From a virus (Duplodnaviria; Caudoviricetes), in the IMG/VR virus record IMGVR_UViG_3300020045_007640, positions 1 to 46,832 of that record: DNA of 46,832 bases; one strand, 5' to 3'. The translations under genes were made by a program, and so were the position numbers. The notes under the pieces are model-generated. The model had not been told where the DNA came from, did no database searches, and worked only from the letters and a program-made list of their open reading frames with translations. The number at the start of each line of letters is the position of its first letter. The first letter of the stretch is position 1. Positions 18,468 through 28,079 of the stretch are shown in pieces.

Positions 18468-18715
18468 TTTACTTTATTTAAATAATAAATCAATAACATA
18501 CTTGTAGGCAAAATAAGAAAATCAGATCCGTTTAAAATCATCACTATTGCCGCATAACCACAATGACAAAGGTCACATGTCAGCACCTTGTGTAAAATAG
18601 GGTGTGAATCTTCAATCGGTATTAATGCCCTGTTGTATGATGAAAATATTTCATCTGGCTGTCTCATTAGCCAAAACCATTTAGCTATTATTACGGGAAT
18701 TAGGTATTCAATCAT
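18464..18715 (-). CDS. DUF1360-like membrane protein with CxxC (start likely 18715)
   Basis: Hydrophobic helices around KVLTCDLCHCGY. Confidence 0.55.
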   Translation of the reverse strand: MIEYLIPVIIAKWFWLMRQPDEIFSSYNRALIPIEDSHPILHKVLTCDLCHCGYAAIVMILNGSDFLILPTSMLLIYYLNKVK

Positions 18716-19022
18716 TTGGTTTTGTGTATTTTGTTGTATTTTCGTGATACCTTTCTGTTCCTTGGTCTTCGACTGTTTTGCGTACACTTTCAAAACTAAA
18801 ATGTCCATACCTTTGTATTTGACATCCTATTTCATAAATCACATTACCTACCATTGGCGGGTGAATATCTTTATTAAACCATGATGCAAAATAGGACAAA
18901 TTTTCTCCTGTTCGAGTGTTTGCTTTTTTAAATCCAACTTCGTGACCTTTGTCATAATAATACCACTTAGTTGCAATAAACACAACACAAACAACAAATA
19001 AAAAATATATAAATATCATCAT
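18708..19022 (-). CDS. N-terminal TM protein, paralog of 2424-2735
   Basis: Shared motif and local DNA similarity. Confidence 0.75.
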   Translation of the reverse strand: MMIFIYFLFVVCVVFIATKWYYYDKGHEVGFKKANTRTGENLSYFASWFNKDIHPPMVGNVIYEIGCQIQRYGHFSFESVRKTVEDQGTERYHENTTKYTKPND

Positions 19023-19053
19023 TTTAAACTATTAACAATTGTAAAATTATCTG

Positions 19054-19536
19054 CTAACATGTAACCGGATTTTCAACATTAGTATAATCACAATCAGCTA
19101 CAACGGTAATAACAATATCAAAAACGGTATATTCAAGATTTGCGTTAAGTCCTGATACGTTCCTGTAATTTACAGTATTTTGTTTGTAATAGTCTCCTAT
19201 GTTTGCCCTTATGTAAGAGAATAATTCCGCTGACGTTCCAAAATATTTATCTTCTTCAACTTTTTTTACTGTTGTGAAAAGATGAATTGTAAATGGAATA
19301 TCTACCCATGTCAACATAGAATTTATCTGTCTCGTTTTCCAATCACCAACGGATAAATAGCCAACTGTCTTATATCTCTCATCAAACGTGTACGTATTCC
19401 CTTTACAGTCTTTTTCTTTTGATACTCCGTATGGAATAGGTTTGTCTGTGGTATGAGCGCTATAACCGCCCCAACGATCAATAACTCCGCTCCCATTGAT
19501 TATATTGTTTAAGTTTGTAATGTATGGTTTAAGCAT
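19054..19536 (-). CDS. Putative tail terminator/completion protein
   Basis: Size, position after neck gene, C-terminal beta strand pattern. Confidence 0.45.
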   Translation of the reverse strand: MLKPYITNLNNIINGSGVIDRWGGYSAHTTDKPIPYGVSKEKDCKGNTYTFDERYKTVGYLSVGDWKTRQINSMLTWVDIPFTIHLFTTVKKVEEDKYFGTSAELFSYIRANIGDYYKQNTVNYRNVSGLNANLEYTVFDIVITVVADCDYTNVENPVTC

Positions 19537-20065
19537 TGGTTTGGATTATTCTATTTAAACGTTCCTGATTTGCGTCTGTGATAAGTTCTATTTCTTCTTT
19601 CGATGGCTCCATTAAATTGGTTTTCATTCGATTAGAATTGTAGTTTAGAATCTTTTGAAGTTCCGGATTTGATGATTTAATTTCGACAATAGTTCTTTCT
19701 GTGTTGTTTTCTACTACTACGGGTCTGATTGACTGCAACATTGCACCTGTAAAAGAGTGTGTTCTTTTGTCAACCGGAAGACCTGCCAATATTCTGGTTG
19801 CTTTGTATGAAGTGTCTTTTTTTCGCTTCTTTATTGCGCTCGGTTTGTTGGAATTATAAATATTTGCAGTCGAAATAAATTCTCCTAATTGAGTTTCTGA
19901 ATACAACGGAAATTTAACTCCTTCGCTGTTTTCACCTTTGTTTAAAAGCCTGTCATTGACGTTTGCGATCATGTCGGACGCAAATATCAAAGCGGACTCT
20001 TGCCTGCCTTCATTTAGCTGTTTTACGATGTTTGCCAGATTGAATTTTAGTCCTGTAATTGACAT
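19529..20065 (-). CDS. Neck/tail-completion protein (HK97 gp10/Mu gpG-like)
   Basis: G-x-FPLYS and FTGAMLQSI motifs. Confidence 0.6.
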   Translation of the reverse strand: MSITGLKFNLANIVKQLNEGRQESALIFASDMIANVNDRLLNKGENSEGVKFPLYSETQLGEFISTANIYNSNKPSAIKKRKKDTSYKATRILAGLPVDKRTHSFTGAMLQSIRPVVVENNTERTIVEIKSSNPELQKILNYNSNRMKTNLMEPSKEEIELITDANQERLNRIIQTNA

Positions 20066-20105
20066 ATTATTACAAAATTACATACAAATTTACTACTTTT
20101 ATGAT

Positions 20106-20318
20106 ATGTTTTGTATAAATATCGAAATTTTACCATTTTTTGAACTTGAAACGTTTTATTATGTTTCTAAAAATAAGGAATATACAATAGTAAAATGCAG
20201 TCTAAACGGTACTATTTTAAATCTTAATCCTGATCAGGAACAAACTTTAATTGATGAAATTAAGTACATAAAGAGTAATGAAGTGAGTGAAAACGATATA
20301 TCGCATTCAGAAAATTAG
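20106..20318 (+). CDS. Plus-strand small hypothetical protein (likely ATG 20106)
   Basis: In-frame ATG within ORF 19938-20318; fills gap between minus-strand genes. Confidence 0.5.
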   Translation: MFCINIEILPFFELETFYYVSKNKEYTIVKCSLNGTILNLNPDQEQTLIDEIKYIKSNEVSENDISHSEN

Positions 20319-20320
20319 CA

Positions 20321-20533
20321 ATGTCAAAAATACCAAATTTGTCAGGAATTAAAGTAAGGATAGAAAACGAAATTGGCGGTTTTATTTACTTTGAATTTTA
20401 CGATACACACGCTTATGTCACATTAAAAGTAGATAAAAGCGAAGATATACGAAGATATGAAACGAATGACGCAATTCAACTTTATAGGTATTGTAGGCAA
20501 AAAGTAATTCAATCTACATATCAAAATAAATAA
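20321..20533 (+). CDS. Plus-strand small hypothetical protein
   Basis: Starts 2 nt after previous gene; converges on TMP stop. Confidence 0.6.
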   Translation: MSKIPNLSGIKVRIENEIGGFIYFEFYDTHAYVTLKVDKSEDIRRYETNDAIQLYRYCRQKVIQSTYQNK

Positions 20534-23500
20534 TACTACCGTTTTCGCCTTGTGGAATGTCTTTTAAAATAGCTGCCTGTTTCCCTGCTTTGGTCTTAAA
20601 CGGAACCCATTGTTTTAAAGGTAATTGATTGACATTATTAACAATTGTATTGTTTACGGAGCCTGTTTGTACATCATTTCTAAACCCTTTGTTTATGTCC
20701 AGAACTTCGGCAATATCGAAATTGTATTTACCGGCTCTTAGTCCTTCAAATAGTTTTCTTTGTTTGTTGGTCGTTTCTTCATCAAATAACCATTCACGCC
20801 CTGATATTATTACATTGGTGTCGTGTCCTGAAACTGCGTCAACTACCCTGTAACCTTGCCCCCTTCCATGTATGTCAGATGCTCCGCCAGGCGCAACTTC
20901 ACCAATATAATCATCAATACGCCTTGCACCGCTTGATAATCTTGTGGCTTTTAATGCTTCGATTTTATTCTTAACAAAGAACGCCCCTAAAGCTGCAACG
21001 GCTGCAATTCCCAAAGGTAAACCGATGATAGGAATATTTGAAAATCCTTTTATTATGTTTATTCCTGCTGTGATTAATGATTGACCCTGTTGCACACTAT
21101 CAGCTAATATTTGACGTCTTTGCGCTTCTTTTTGTATTTTGTCCTTTTCTTCTGTTAGTCGGGTTTCTTCTGCCAAAAGGCTGTCTACTTCAGTTTGTTT
21201 TACCGAAGCGGAGTTTGCCAGATTATCTTCTTGTAATTCCAATTCATGATCCAGATCATCTTCTGCTTTTTCTCTCCTTTCTCCTAATCGGTCAAGTTGT
21301 TTGTCTATGGCTTCAATTTGAATGTCGTTTGCTTCGTTTAGTAAGTTTCCAAATTCATTAACAAATGACCCTAAACCTTTGAAAAACTCTTTTGCTTTGT
21401 CAGAATTTCGATCTCCGAAAATATCATCAAACATTGAATTAAAAAGGTCTTCAAAATTGTTGATTCCTTCTAATATCTGACTGTCATCAATTTCTATGTC
21501 TGTTTTTGCAGGAACTATTGTAAGTTCAGGAACTTTGACCTTTAACGGATCTTCTGATTTAATACCTTCGTTTCCTATCTTTTCGATTTCCGATTGTATT
21601 TGTGCCTGTAAATCTTGGGTATTTATTCCAAATTTTAACTCTGATAATTTTAGTTCTTTTAATCTGTTTTCAAGTATGGTAAGTTCTTTGTTTGCTAATC
21701 TTGTGCTAAGTGGTAATTTTTCGATAGGCTCGAATGTTGACGTAAAGTCACGTGCTGAAATGCCGTTAATCATCTCTTGAAGATTATTAAACTCTTTACT
21801 TACATCTTTGCCGGTTATCTTCGCAATTTTAGTAAGTTCTGTTTGAAACTCTTTTAGTTGGTCAATTTGCTTTTCTTTGATTAACTCAAACTTTTCTTTA
21901 TCATTTAATCCACCGTTTTCATTTATGGAATTAAATAACTCATCCTGAATAGATTTAAATTTCTTTAATGCTTCTTGTGTTTTTTTGTCACGTTCCTGTC
22001 TGTCTTTTTCGGCTTTGTCTGCTAATTCTTTTGACCTTGCTGCATTGAAAACCGCAATTTCATGTTTCTTTTCTTCTATCTTTTCAATGTCAGCACGTTG
22101 TAACTCTAAAGATTTAAGTTCATTCTCTAATATTTCTTTTCCAAGTTTGGCAGTTTCTTTGCCCCCTGCCTTTAATATTTCTTCTCTTTTCTTTTGGTTT
22201 TTTACCATTGCGTCAATTTCTTTAGCCAGAATTTTGTCGGCTCTTTCTTTTTCGCCTTCTGCAAAACCTTCTTCAAACGCTTTGCCGGCATCCTTTCCGA
22301 TGTTTTTAAACGATTCTAACGCTCCTGAAAAGTCACCACTGAACAATTTACCTAAACTGTCACCTACGCCCCCAAAAAAAGATTCTATTGCCCTACCGGC
22401 TCCGGAAACAGCACTACCTATTTTATCAAAATTATTATAGAGATATTCCAGACCTTTTACTAGTAAGTTTAACGGCGGTATGAAAAAGGTTATCTTCTTT
22501 CCAAATTCAAATATTGCCCCCGCATTTTCGGAAACTGATTTTTTTACTTTGTCCCAATTACTAATCAAAACACCCAACCCAATAACTAACAATCCTATTC
22601 CTGTCGATGCTAAAGCGATTCTAAACAGTTTTAACGCTCCTGTTGACCCACCTACGACCGCTGTATATGCCCCTTGTGCGATTGTAGCGGCTTTTGTGGC
22701 TAATCCGCCCCTTTGTGTCAATATTGTGCCGGCTTGCTGTAATCCGTTTGCAATAGCCATTACAGCGTTTAATTTTACAAGTTGTTTTTGTAGGTCTTCG
22801 CTTTCATCACCAAATAAAGCGGCTGCACCTTCTGCTATCTGAAAACCTGCACCAATGCCGTTAACTCCTTCGGCAAATAAATCTAATGCTCTGGTATCGG
22901 AACTTAATTTTTTTATCTGTGTCCTAACGTCGCCAATTTCATCCGTTAATCTTGCGGCTCTTTGGGTAGCTTGTACAAGTTCATCTCCTGTTAACTGACC
23001 GGAATTTATAAGACTTGTAAGTTGTCTTAATTCGGTTTTTGCGCTTATAAACTTGCCTGTTGTTTTTTCAGCATTGGCGGCCAATTGATTAAATTCATCT
23101 GATTGAATATTACTTACATTTTGAGCAACTTCTTTTATGTTATCACTCAAAAACTCAATTTGCTGATCAGTTAGTTTTACTTTTGACAATAGGTCCGTAA
23201 ACTCGTTTTCTATGTCCTGAATATTTGCAGAAACTCCTTTTAGTTTTGCGTCTTCCAACTTCTTAAATAATGCTACTAATTTTTGTCCGGTTCCTTCACT
23301 CTTTGCAATGGCCATTGTAATATCTGCAATGTCTTGCTTTTGCTTTTGCATTGCTTTACTTTCGTTAATAGTTGCCTGTGTGACCTGATCAATACTTTTA
23401 GCGGCTTTCTGATTAGCCTGAACTAAATCGTTCCCGATTGCTTTTGTCGTTTGATTGACTTCTTTTTGCATGGCATCAAAACCATGTGCAACTTTGTCAA

Positions 23501-23576
23501 CTACCGGATTGATTGCCTGAATTTTGTTTATAAAATCCGAATCATCCAGAATTAATCTTTGAATTATATCGCTCAT
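20514..23576 (-). CDS. Tape measure protein
   Basis: 1020 aa helical; KLFRIALASTGIGLLVIGLGVLISNWD hydrophobic segment; C-terminal glycine-rich motif. Confidence 0.85.
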   Translation of the reverse strand: MSDIIQRLILDDSDFINKIQAINPVVDKVAHGFDAMQKEVNQTTKAIGNDLVQANQKAAKSIDQVTQATINESKAMQKQKQDIADITMAIAKSEGTGQKLVALFKKLEDAKLKGVSANIQDIENEFTDLLSKVKLTDQQIEFLSDNIKEVAQNVSNIQSDEFNQLAANAEKTTGKFISAKTELRQLTSLINSGQLTGDELVQATQRAARLTDEIGDVRTQIKKLSSDTRALDLFAEGVNGIGAGFQIAEGAAALFGDESEDLQKQLVKLNAVMAIANGLQQAGTILTQRGGLATKAATIAQGAYTAVVGGSTGALKLFRIALASTGIGLLVIGLGVLISNWDKVKKSVSENAGAIFEFGKKITFFIPPLNLLVKGLEYLYNNFDKIGSAVSGAGRAIESFFGGVGDSLGKLFSGDFSGALESFKNIGKDAGKAFEEGFAEGEKERADKILAKEIDAMVKNQKKREEILKAGGKETAKLGKEILENELKSLELQRADIEKIEEKKHEIAVFNAARSKELADKAEKDRQERDKKTQEALKKFKSIQDELFNSINENGGLNDKEKFELIKEKQIDQLKEFQTELTKIAKITGKDVSKEFNNLQEMINGISARDFTSTFEPIEKLPLSTRLANKELTILENRLKELKLSELKFGINTQDLQAQIQSEIEKIGNEGIKSEDPLKVKVPELTIVPAKTDIEIDDSQILEGINNFEDLFNSMFDDIFGDRNSDKAKEFFKGLGSFVNEFGNLLNEANDIQIEAIDKQLDRLGERREKAEDDLDHELELQEDNLANSASVKQTEVDSLLAEETRLTEEKDKIQKEAQRRQILADSVQQGQSLITAGINIIKGFSNIPIIGLPLGIAAVAALGAFFVKNKIEALKATRLSSGARRIDDYIGEVAPGGASDIHGRGQGYRVVDAVSGHDTNVIISGREWLFDEETTNKQRKLFEGLRAGKYNFDIAEVLDINKGFRNDVQTGSVNNTIVNNVNQLPLKQWVPFKTKAGKQAAILKDIPQGENGSIIYFDM

Positions 23577-24532
23577 ATCAGTATTTCACCTTTACTTAAA
23601 TATCCACATTGATAACAGTCAGTCAGGTTGTATGCTTGTGGTAAGAATTTAACCCTTTTTTCAATCTCTCTCAAACAGTAGTCTATTAAAGCGGGTATTT
23701 CTTCGCCATTTGTAGTGATATAATTCGTTATTTGACCACTTGACAATAACCACGCTGCTAAGTTCTTTCTGCCGATGTAAAGTACTGCCATCGCATAAGA
23801 ATGCCCCCAGGGATCATTCTCAAAATCAACATCACATAAAGGCGCAAATGAATCACATTTTGCAACTCCTGTAATGATTACTCCGTGTGAATATTCTGAA
23901 GGTAGGTATTCCAAATCTGCTAAATCTGTGACAATACCACCGCCCAAATAAATAAAGTTATTCCATTGCGGAACCTGACCACAACATTTATATTTATAGT
24001 CCTTCGGTCTTGTTGCGCTTTGATAAGCGATGTAATATTCCCGATCTAACACTAAATCTGTTTCTTCAAATGCTGTTTGGATTCCTTCATATAAAGTTGT
24101 TCCAAATTCATCTATAAGTAAAATATCACCTGTTGTAACCGGAACCGATATTGTTTTTAAAGTAAGAATTGTTCCCCTTACGGTCTTTGGTTTGATGGCC
24201 ATAAAATAATAACCGGCTGTTGCTGCGAGTAATGTCGAATAGCTTTCTTTTTTTGGTGCTTTGAAATTATAAGTCCGGTAATTAGATACTAAGTTCTTTT
24301 CCATTTCCATGTAAAGAAGTCCGTTCAACTCTTTAACTGAATCAGGTATTAAACGACCTAAAAAACTAACCACGTCATTATCTGAACAATCAAATATACT
24401 TGCCGAAAGTGGTAACCGCCCCATGTTTGAATCATCCAAATACAATCCACTCAATGAATCTTCGCCCACCCCCAGGTCAATACAATCACACCCGTTTTTA
24501 CTTAACCCAACTATATTATCTAAGCATTCCAT
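23573..24532 (-). CDS. Cys-rich structural protein, putative head-tail adaptor
   Basis: Position after capsid block; CLDNIVGL start and terminal CxxC. Confidence 0.45.
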   Translation of the reverse strand: MECLDNIVGLSKNGCDCIDLGVGEDSLSGLYLDDSNMGRLPLSASIFDCSDNDVVSFLGRLIPDSVKELNGLLYMEMEKNLVSNYRTYNFKAPKKESYSTLLAATAGYYFMAIKPKTVRGTILTLKTISVPVTTGDILLIDEFGTTLYEGIQTAFEETDLVLDREYYIAYQSATRPKDYKYKCCGQVPQWNNFIYLGGGIVTDLADLEYLPSEYSHGVIITGVAKCDSFAPLCDVDFENDPWGHSYAMAVLYIGRKNLAAWLLSSGQITNYITTNGEEIPALIDYCLREIEKRVKFLPQAYNLTDCYQCGYLSKGEILI

Positions 24533-24555
24533 TATTTATAATTTTAACTTAAAAT

Positions 24556-24587
24556 AAAAAGGCGGCAAAGTTTTCACCCGCCGCCTT
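24556..24587 (-). terminator. Intrinsic terminator after capsid operon
   Basis: GGCGGC/GCCGCC stem plus T run. Confidence 0.8.
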
Positions 24588-24618
24588 CACTCAATTATTT
24601 ATTAACCAAAATCAATCT

Positions 24619-25038
24619 CTATGGTTTGAAATGCGCATAGGCTTTAATCTGATTGCTCATTGTTCCTGCTCCCACCCATTTAAATCTGTAATACGGTGCT
24701 ACCGGAAGACCTGCCGTTGATATAATCGGTATCTGATAGATTTTACTGTTAGTAGCCTGATCAGCAGGATAGAACGGTGCTAATGTTGCCAAAGTATCAT
24801 AATTTGTACCATCTACTGAATACTGAAGCTGAATTTTACCGGCTGTTGTTCCTGATATTTCAGTACATACGATTTGAAACATTGCGCTCTTATAAGAACC
24901 TGCAACGGTCAAAGTAAGGTATTCGGTTGCCGAATTTACAACGGTATCGAGTGCCGGTGAAAACCTGAATATTTTTTGTGCAGAAGTGTCAACTGCAAAG
25001 GTCATTAAAATGCCTATAATTAAACTGAAAATTTTCAT
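24619..25038 (-). CDS. Capsid decoration/spike-like beta-sandwich protein with signal peptide
   Basis: Directly after MCP and before the terminator; LQYSVDGTNY and PYYRF motifs; signal ...VDTSA-Q. Confidence 0.6.
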   Translation of the reverse strand: MKIFSLIIGILMTFAVDTSAQKIFRFSPALDTVVNSATEYLTLTVAGSYKSAMFQIVCTEISGTTAGKIQLQYSVDGTNYDTLATLAPFYPADQATNSKIYQIPIISTAGLPVAPYYRFKWVGAGTMSNQIKAYAHFKP

Positions 25039-25071
25039 GATATTAAAGTTTTAATTTGATTAATTAATTTG

Positions 25072-26145
25072 TTATGCTCCTGCAATGTTTTCAATCTTCA
25101 AAACTCCCTGCCTATCATCACAATTAGCCAGATTCGTAACCATTGCAGCTCTGATGATATATTCATAATTCCATCCCCAACTTAGAGACTGAACTGCTGA
25201 ACCTTCGCATACTCTTTTCGCTCTTACGTCAATATAAATAGGGTTCATTTGCCCGTTTGCAAAATATTGAAGTCTTGGTAAGGTGTCTCTCCAAATGTAC
25301 GTATCGGTTGTCATTAACATTGGCGACATGTCGATATAATCCGGTGCTGACCAGAATATCACTGCATTTTTGTCAATCGCCAATGTGAAATAACCACCCA
25401 AAGTTGAATCCATATTATGCAGATCATAATAAACCTGAAAACCTGAACCATTCAACACTGAATCATTATCACAACACGCAATCCCTTTGAACTGTGCTAA
25501 AAACGCTTCTGTGTAGAAATTCGTACCATTTAAGATCAACGGGCTTGACATTTTTGTGATGCCGGCTGCCGTTCTTATATCCCCTATCAAGTCGCTTTTC
25601 CAATTTGCGTCAACTACCTGAAAAGTATCTGAACTTACCGTTCCTTCAGTACGCCTAAACCACGCTGCCAAAGGATTATCTGCGATACTTGACATTCGTG
25701 CAATAAGCAATTGAGATATTTTTACCTCAAGTTTAGCTTTAGCAACCAATGAAGCATAAGCCGTTTTTTCTGCAAAACTGTGTGCATTGTGACAATCACG
25801 GTCATAAACGGTAAAGTTTATTTTTGCGATGTTTGACTTTGTTAAGTCTAAAACTTCACTACCCAACTCCGCCCCTACGTCAATTGCACAACTTTGAGTT
25901 AATGTAGATTCAACTGCCAAATCACATGCTCTGATAGCTGATGCCTTTGCAGATACGCACTTTTGACCGATACCATCACCCGTACCGAGTACTTGTATGT
26001 TTGGGTCCTGATGTGCCAAAATCGCCTGTCCTGCAACAATCGAAGTGTTTAATTCTGAAATTCGGGAAGTAGTTAAGAAATTCTGTTCAGCAACAATAAC
26101 GTCACCCATTGTAGAATCGCTAAAAGTCCCTGGAGTATATGCCAT
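25072..26145 (-). CDS. Major capsid protein
   Basis: 357 aa after scaffold-like gene; ends GVLKIENIA. Confidence 0.7.
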   Translation of the reverse strand: MAYTPGTFSDSTMGDVIVAEQNFLTTSRISELNTSIVAGQAILAHQDPNIQVLGTGDGIGQKCVSAKASAIRACDLAVESTLTQSCAIDVGAELGSEVLDLTKSNIAKINFTVYDRDCHNAHSFAEKTAYASLVAKAKLEVKISQLLIARMSSIADNPLAAWFRRTEGTVSSDTFQVVDANWKSDLIGDIRTAAGITKMSSPLILNGTNFYTEAFLAQFKGIACCDNDSVLNGSGFQVYYDLHNMDSTLGGYFTLAIDKNAVIFWSAPDYIDMSPMLMTTDTYIWRDTLPRLQYFANGQMNPIYIDVRAKRVCEGSAVQSLSWGWNYEYIIRAAMVTNLANCDDRQGVLKIENIAGA

Positions 26146-26166
26146 TACTTAAAATTTAAACTGTTA

Positions 26167-26967
26167 TCAATTTTTTTTCGATAGCGCTTTTATTTTCTCA
26201 TTGATTTGCTGCCTTCGTACCGGGTCTTTTTCGCTTCTTAACTCTTCGAGCAATTCGGCATTTGTTGTACCCATTGATACCGTTTTTGTCGGATCATATT
26301 GTCCGGGTAACGGTGATGGATTTGATTTTTCTCCTTTAATTGGAAAATCATCTTTGTATGCTTTTAAAATCAAGTCTTCAACTGATTCGCTTATCGGTTT
26401 GTTCGTTTTCCTGTCGATAACGTAATCAGTGGTTTCTCCTTTCTCAATTTCATAATCATTAAAGAATCCATCGAATGCAAGTTGTTTAAGTCTTTCGCTT
26501 TTAACGTCAAATTTGTTACTGAAATGCTTATCAAAGATTGCAAACTGTGAGTTCTTTTTTTCTTTACTCTCAACAACAAGCTTAAAGTTATTAAACTCTG
26601 ATTCAATCTTTTCTTTGCTTTTTTTCAGTTGCTCAATTTCGAATTTAGTTTTTTCATCTGATTTCGGGTCATGTGGTTGAATCTTGGTTTTAATCCCTTC
26701 AAAGAGACTTTCAAGATTTTCACCATCTACACCAAATTCAGATTTTAACCTTTTCTCAATATCTTCTTTAACTTTTCGTTCAGCAAAACCGTAAACGTCT
26801 TTTTTGGCAGCATCTTTGATACTTTTATCAAGCGCTATTATTTCAGACTTTAAAATATTTGTCAAAACATCATCTTCTAAAGTCTCAACATTTTCAGCTA
26901 AATTATAAGCTTTAGCCAGCTCCAGCGGTTCCTTTTTCAAGATGGAACCTAAATCTCCTAATTTCAT
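26167..26967 (-). CDS. Capsid scaffolding protein
   Basis: K/E-rich coiled coil, Pro/Gly linker, C-terminal helix pair; precedes MCP. Confidence 0.7.
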   Translation of the reverse strand: MKLGDLGSILKKEPLELAKAYNLAENVETLEDDVLTNILKSEIIALDKSIKDAAKKDVYGFAERKVKEDIEKRLKSEFGVDGENLESLFEGIKTKIQPHDPKSDEKTKFEIEQLKKSKEKIESEFNNFKLVVESKEKKNSQFAIFDKHFSNKFDVKSERLKQLAFDGFFNDYEIEKGETTDYVIDRKTNKPISESVEDLILKAYKDDFPIKGEKSNPSPLPGQYDPTKTVSMGTTNAELLEELRSEKDPVRRQQINEKIKALSKKN

Positions 26968-26978
26968 AAAACATATTT

Positions 26979-27167
26979 TTATTCTATAATGTCCGTTTCT
27001 TTAACCGGATCATTTTTTTTCTCTTGTTTTTCTTGGTACTCTTTTGGTGCTTGTACTTTTTTTTGTGGTTGCTCCAATATCTGAACTATCCCCTTTGATT
27101 TCAACGCTACCGATTCCGGAAGGCTTATCACTTTGCCTGTTTTGATTACTTTTACTGAGATATTCAT
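26979..27167 (-). CDS. Small hypothetical protein
   Basis: ORF overlapping 27010-27291. Confidence 0.5.
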   Translation of the reverse strand: MNISVKVIKTGKVISLPESVALKSKGIVQILEQPQKKVQAPKEYQEKQEKKNDPVKETDIIE

Positions 27168-27291
27168 CTGGAACTTCTATTTTTTCATTTGGAAATTTGG
27201 TAAACCGTTTTAGATCGTCGGGGAGTAAATTACTCCACATTGTGTCTGCTATCCAAATTTTTTGTTTTGTTATTAAATTTATATACCACAT
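27010..27291 (-). CDS. Small hypothetical protein with basic tail
   Basis: Starts 1 nt after tail-tube stop. Confidence 0.5.
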   Translation of the reverse strand: MWYINLITKQKIWIADTMWSNLLPDDLKRFTKFPNEKIEVPDEYLSKSNQNRQSDKPSGIGSVEIKGDSSDIGATTKKSTSTKRVPRKTREKK

Positions 27292-27292
27292 A

Positions 27293-27916
27293 TTAAGGAT
27301 TTGCGTCTCTTGGCGGATCAGTCATAGCGTACCATTCAGTCGTTAAAGGATTGATTGCTATTGAGCCTACACCCCTTGCAAGTATGTGAGGCGCTCCTAA
27401 CAATGTCATTTTAACTCCATTTATCCCACCGTACAGATAATCCTTTGTCTCATACCATATATGACCTTTACCTCCGCATCCGTCAATCTTTTGACAAAAA
27501 GCATAATTCAAATTGTCAATGGTCATTATGTCAAATGTCGCTGTATGTTTTTTATTGATTTGCGCTGTTTCGCCTTCAGGCCCGACAATGCTTGTTGATG
27601 TTGGTGCCGGCTTGTCTCCGATGACCTTCATGTATCGAAGTCCGTTTGCCGATGTATTGTCTTTAGTGGCTTTCCATGCGATTATGGCAGCATCGTTTAA
27701 AGTCGGGTCTGCTGCTAATCCTACATTTGTCCATCCTGTAATCGGATTAAGTGGTTCTCCGGGGTTTGCGGTATCGGCTTCTGAAAACCATATTGCTATA
27801 ATTTCAGATACTTCGATTGTTGCCGGGCCAAAACATACTTCACTGACTGATAAAAAGGTATTGTCGTCACAGTCAGTTTCACACGTCGGGGTATAAAGAT
27901 CATTTAAGTTTGCCAT
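27293..27916 (-). CDS. Putative major tail tube protein
   Basis: 207 aa, beta-rich, IGDKPAP and WYET..YLYGG motifs; first late gene. Confidence 0.55.
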   Translation of the reverse strand: MANLNDLYTPTCETDCDDNTFLSVSEVCFGPATIEVSEIIAIWFSEADTANPGEPLNPITGWTNVGLAADPTLNDAAIIAWKATKDNTSANGLRYMKVIGDKPAPTSTSIVGPEGETAQINKKHTATFDIMTIDNLNYAFCQKIDGCGGKGHIWYETKDYLYGGINGVKMTLLGAPHILARGVGSIAINPLTTEWYAMTDPPRDANP

Positions 27917-27945
27917 GTCAAAAGGTTGTTTCCTTAATTAATATG

Positions 27946-27956
27946 GCTCAAAATTA
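27946..27956 (-). promoter_or_regulatory. Late promoter TAATTTTG(AGC)
   Basis: TAnnTTTG after a terminator, upstream of first structural gene. Confidence 0.6.
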
Positions 27957-27998
27957 AAGTCTTAGTTTTTTATGTATGTAAAAAATAATTTATTGCAT

Positions 27999-28032
27999 AA
28001 AAAAAGACCGCCTGAACTTAGTCAAACGGTCT
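27999..28032 (-). terminator. Intrinsic terminator separating early/middle from late genes
   Basis: AGACCGTTTGA/TCAGGCGGTCT stem with G-U pairs plus T run. Confidence 0.8.
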
Positions 28033-28079
28033 CTTAGAATCATCAAAAACAAAAAAAATGAATAGTTATATCACAACAA
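27999..28079 (-). ncRNA. Candidate ~80-nt small RNA
   Basis: TATATTTG at 28091-28084, no ORF, terminator at 28032-27999; core complementary to early-gene leaders. Confidence 0.5.

Noticed and set aside
2424-19022. Paralog pair as a DGR TR/VR pair
   Set aside because: Differences are not adenine-restricted, both copies are intact ORFs, and there is no RT
20629-22842. Long plus-strand ORFs inside the TMP, and similar ones within other genes
   Set aside because: Ser/Phe/Leu-rich antisense shadows of K/E-rich coding sequence
24588-24622. 3' UTR resembling an antisense copy of a start region
   Set aside because: Short, low complexity, no dedicated promoter or specific target
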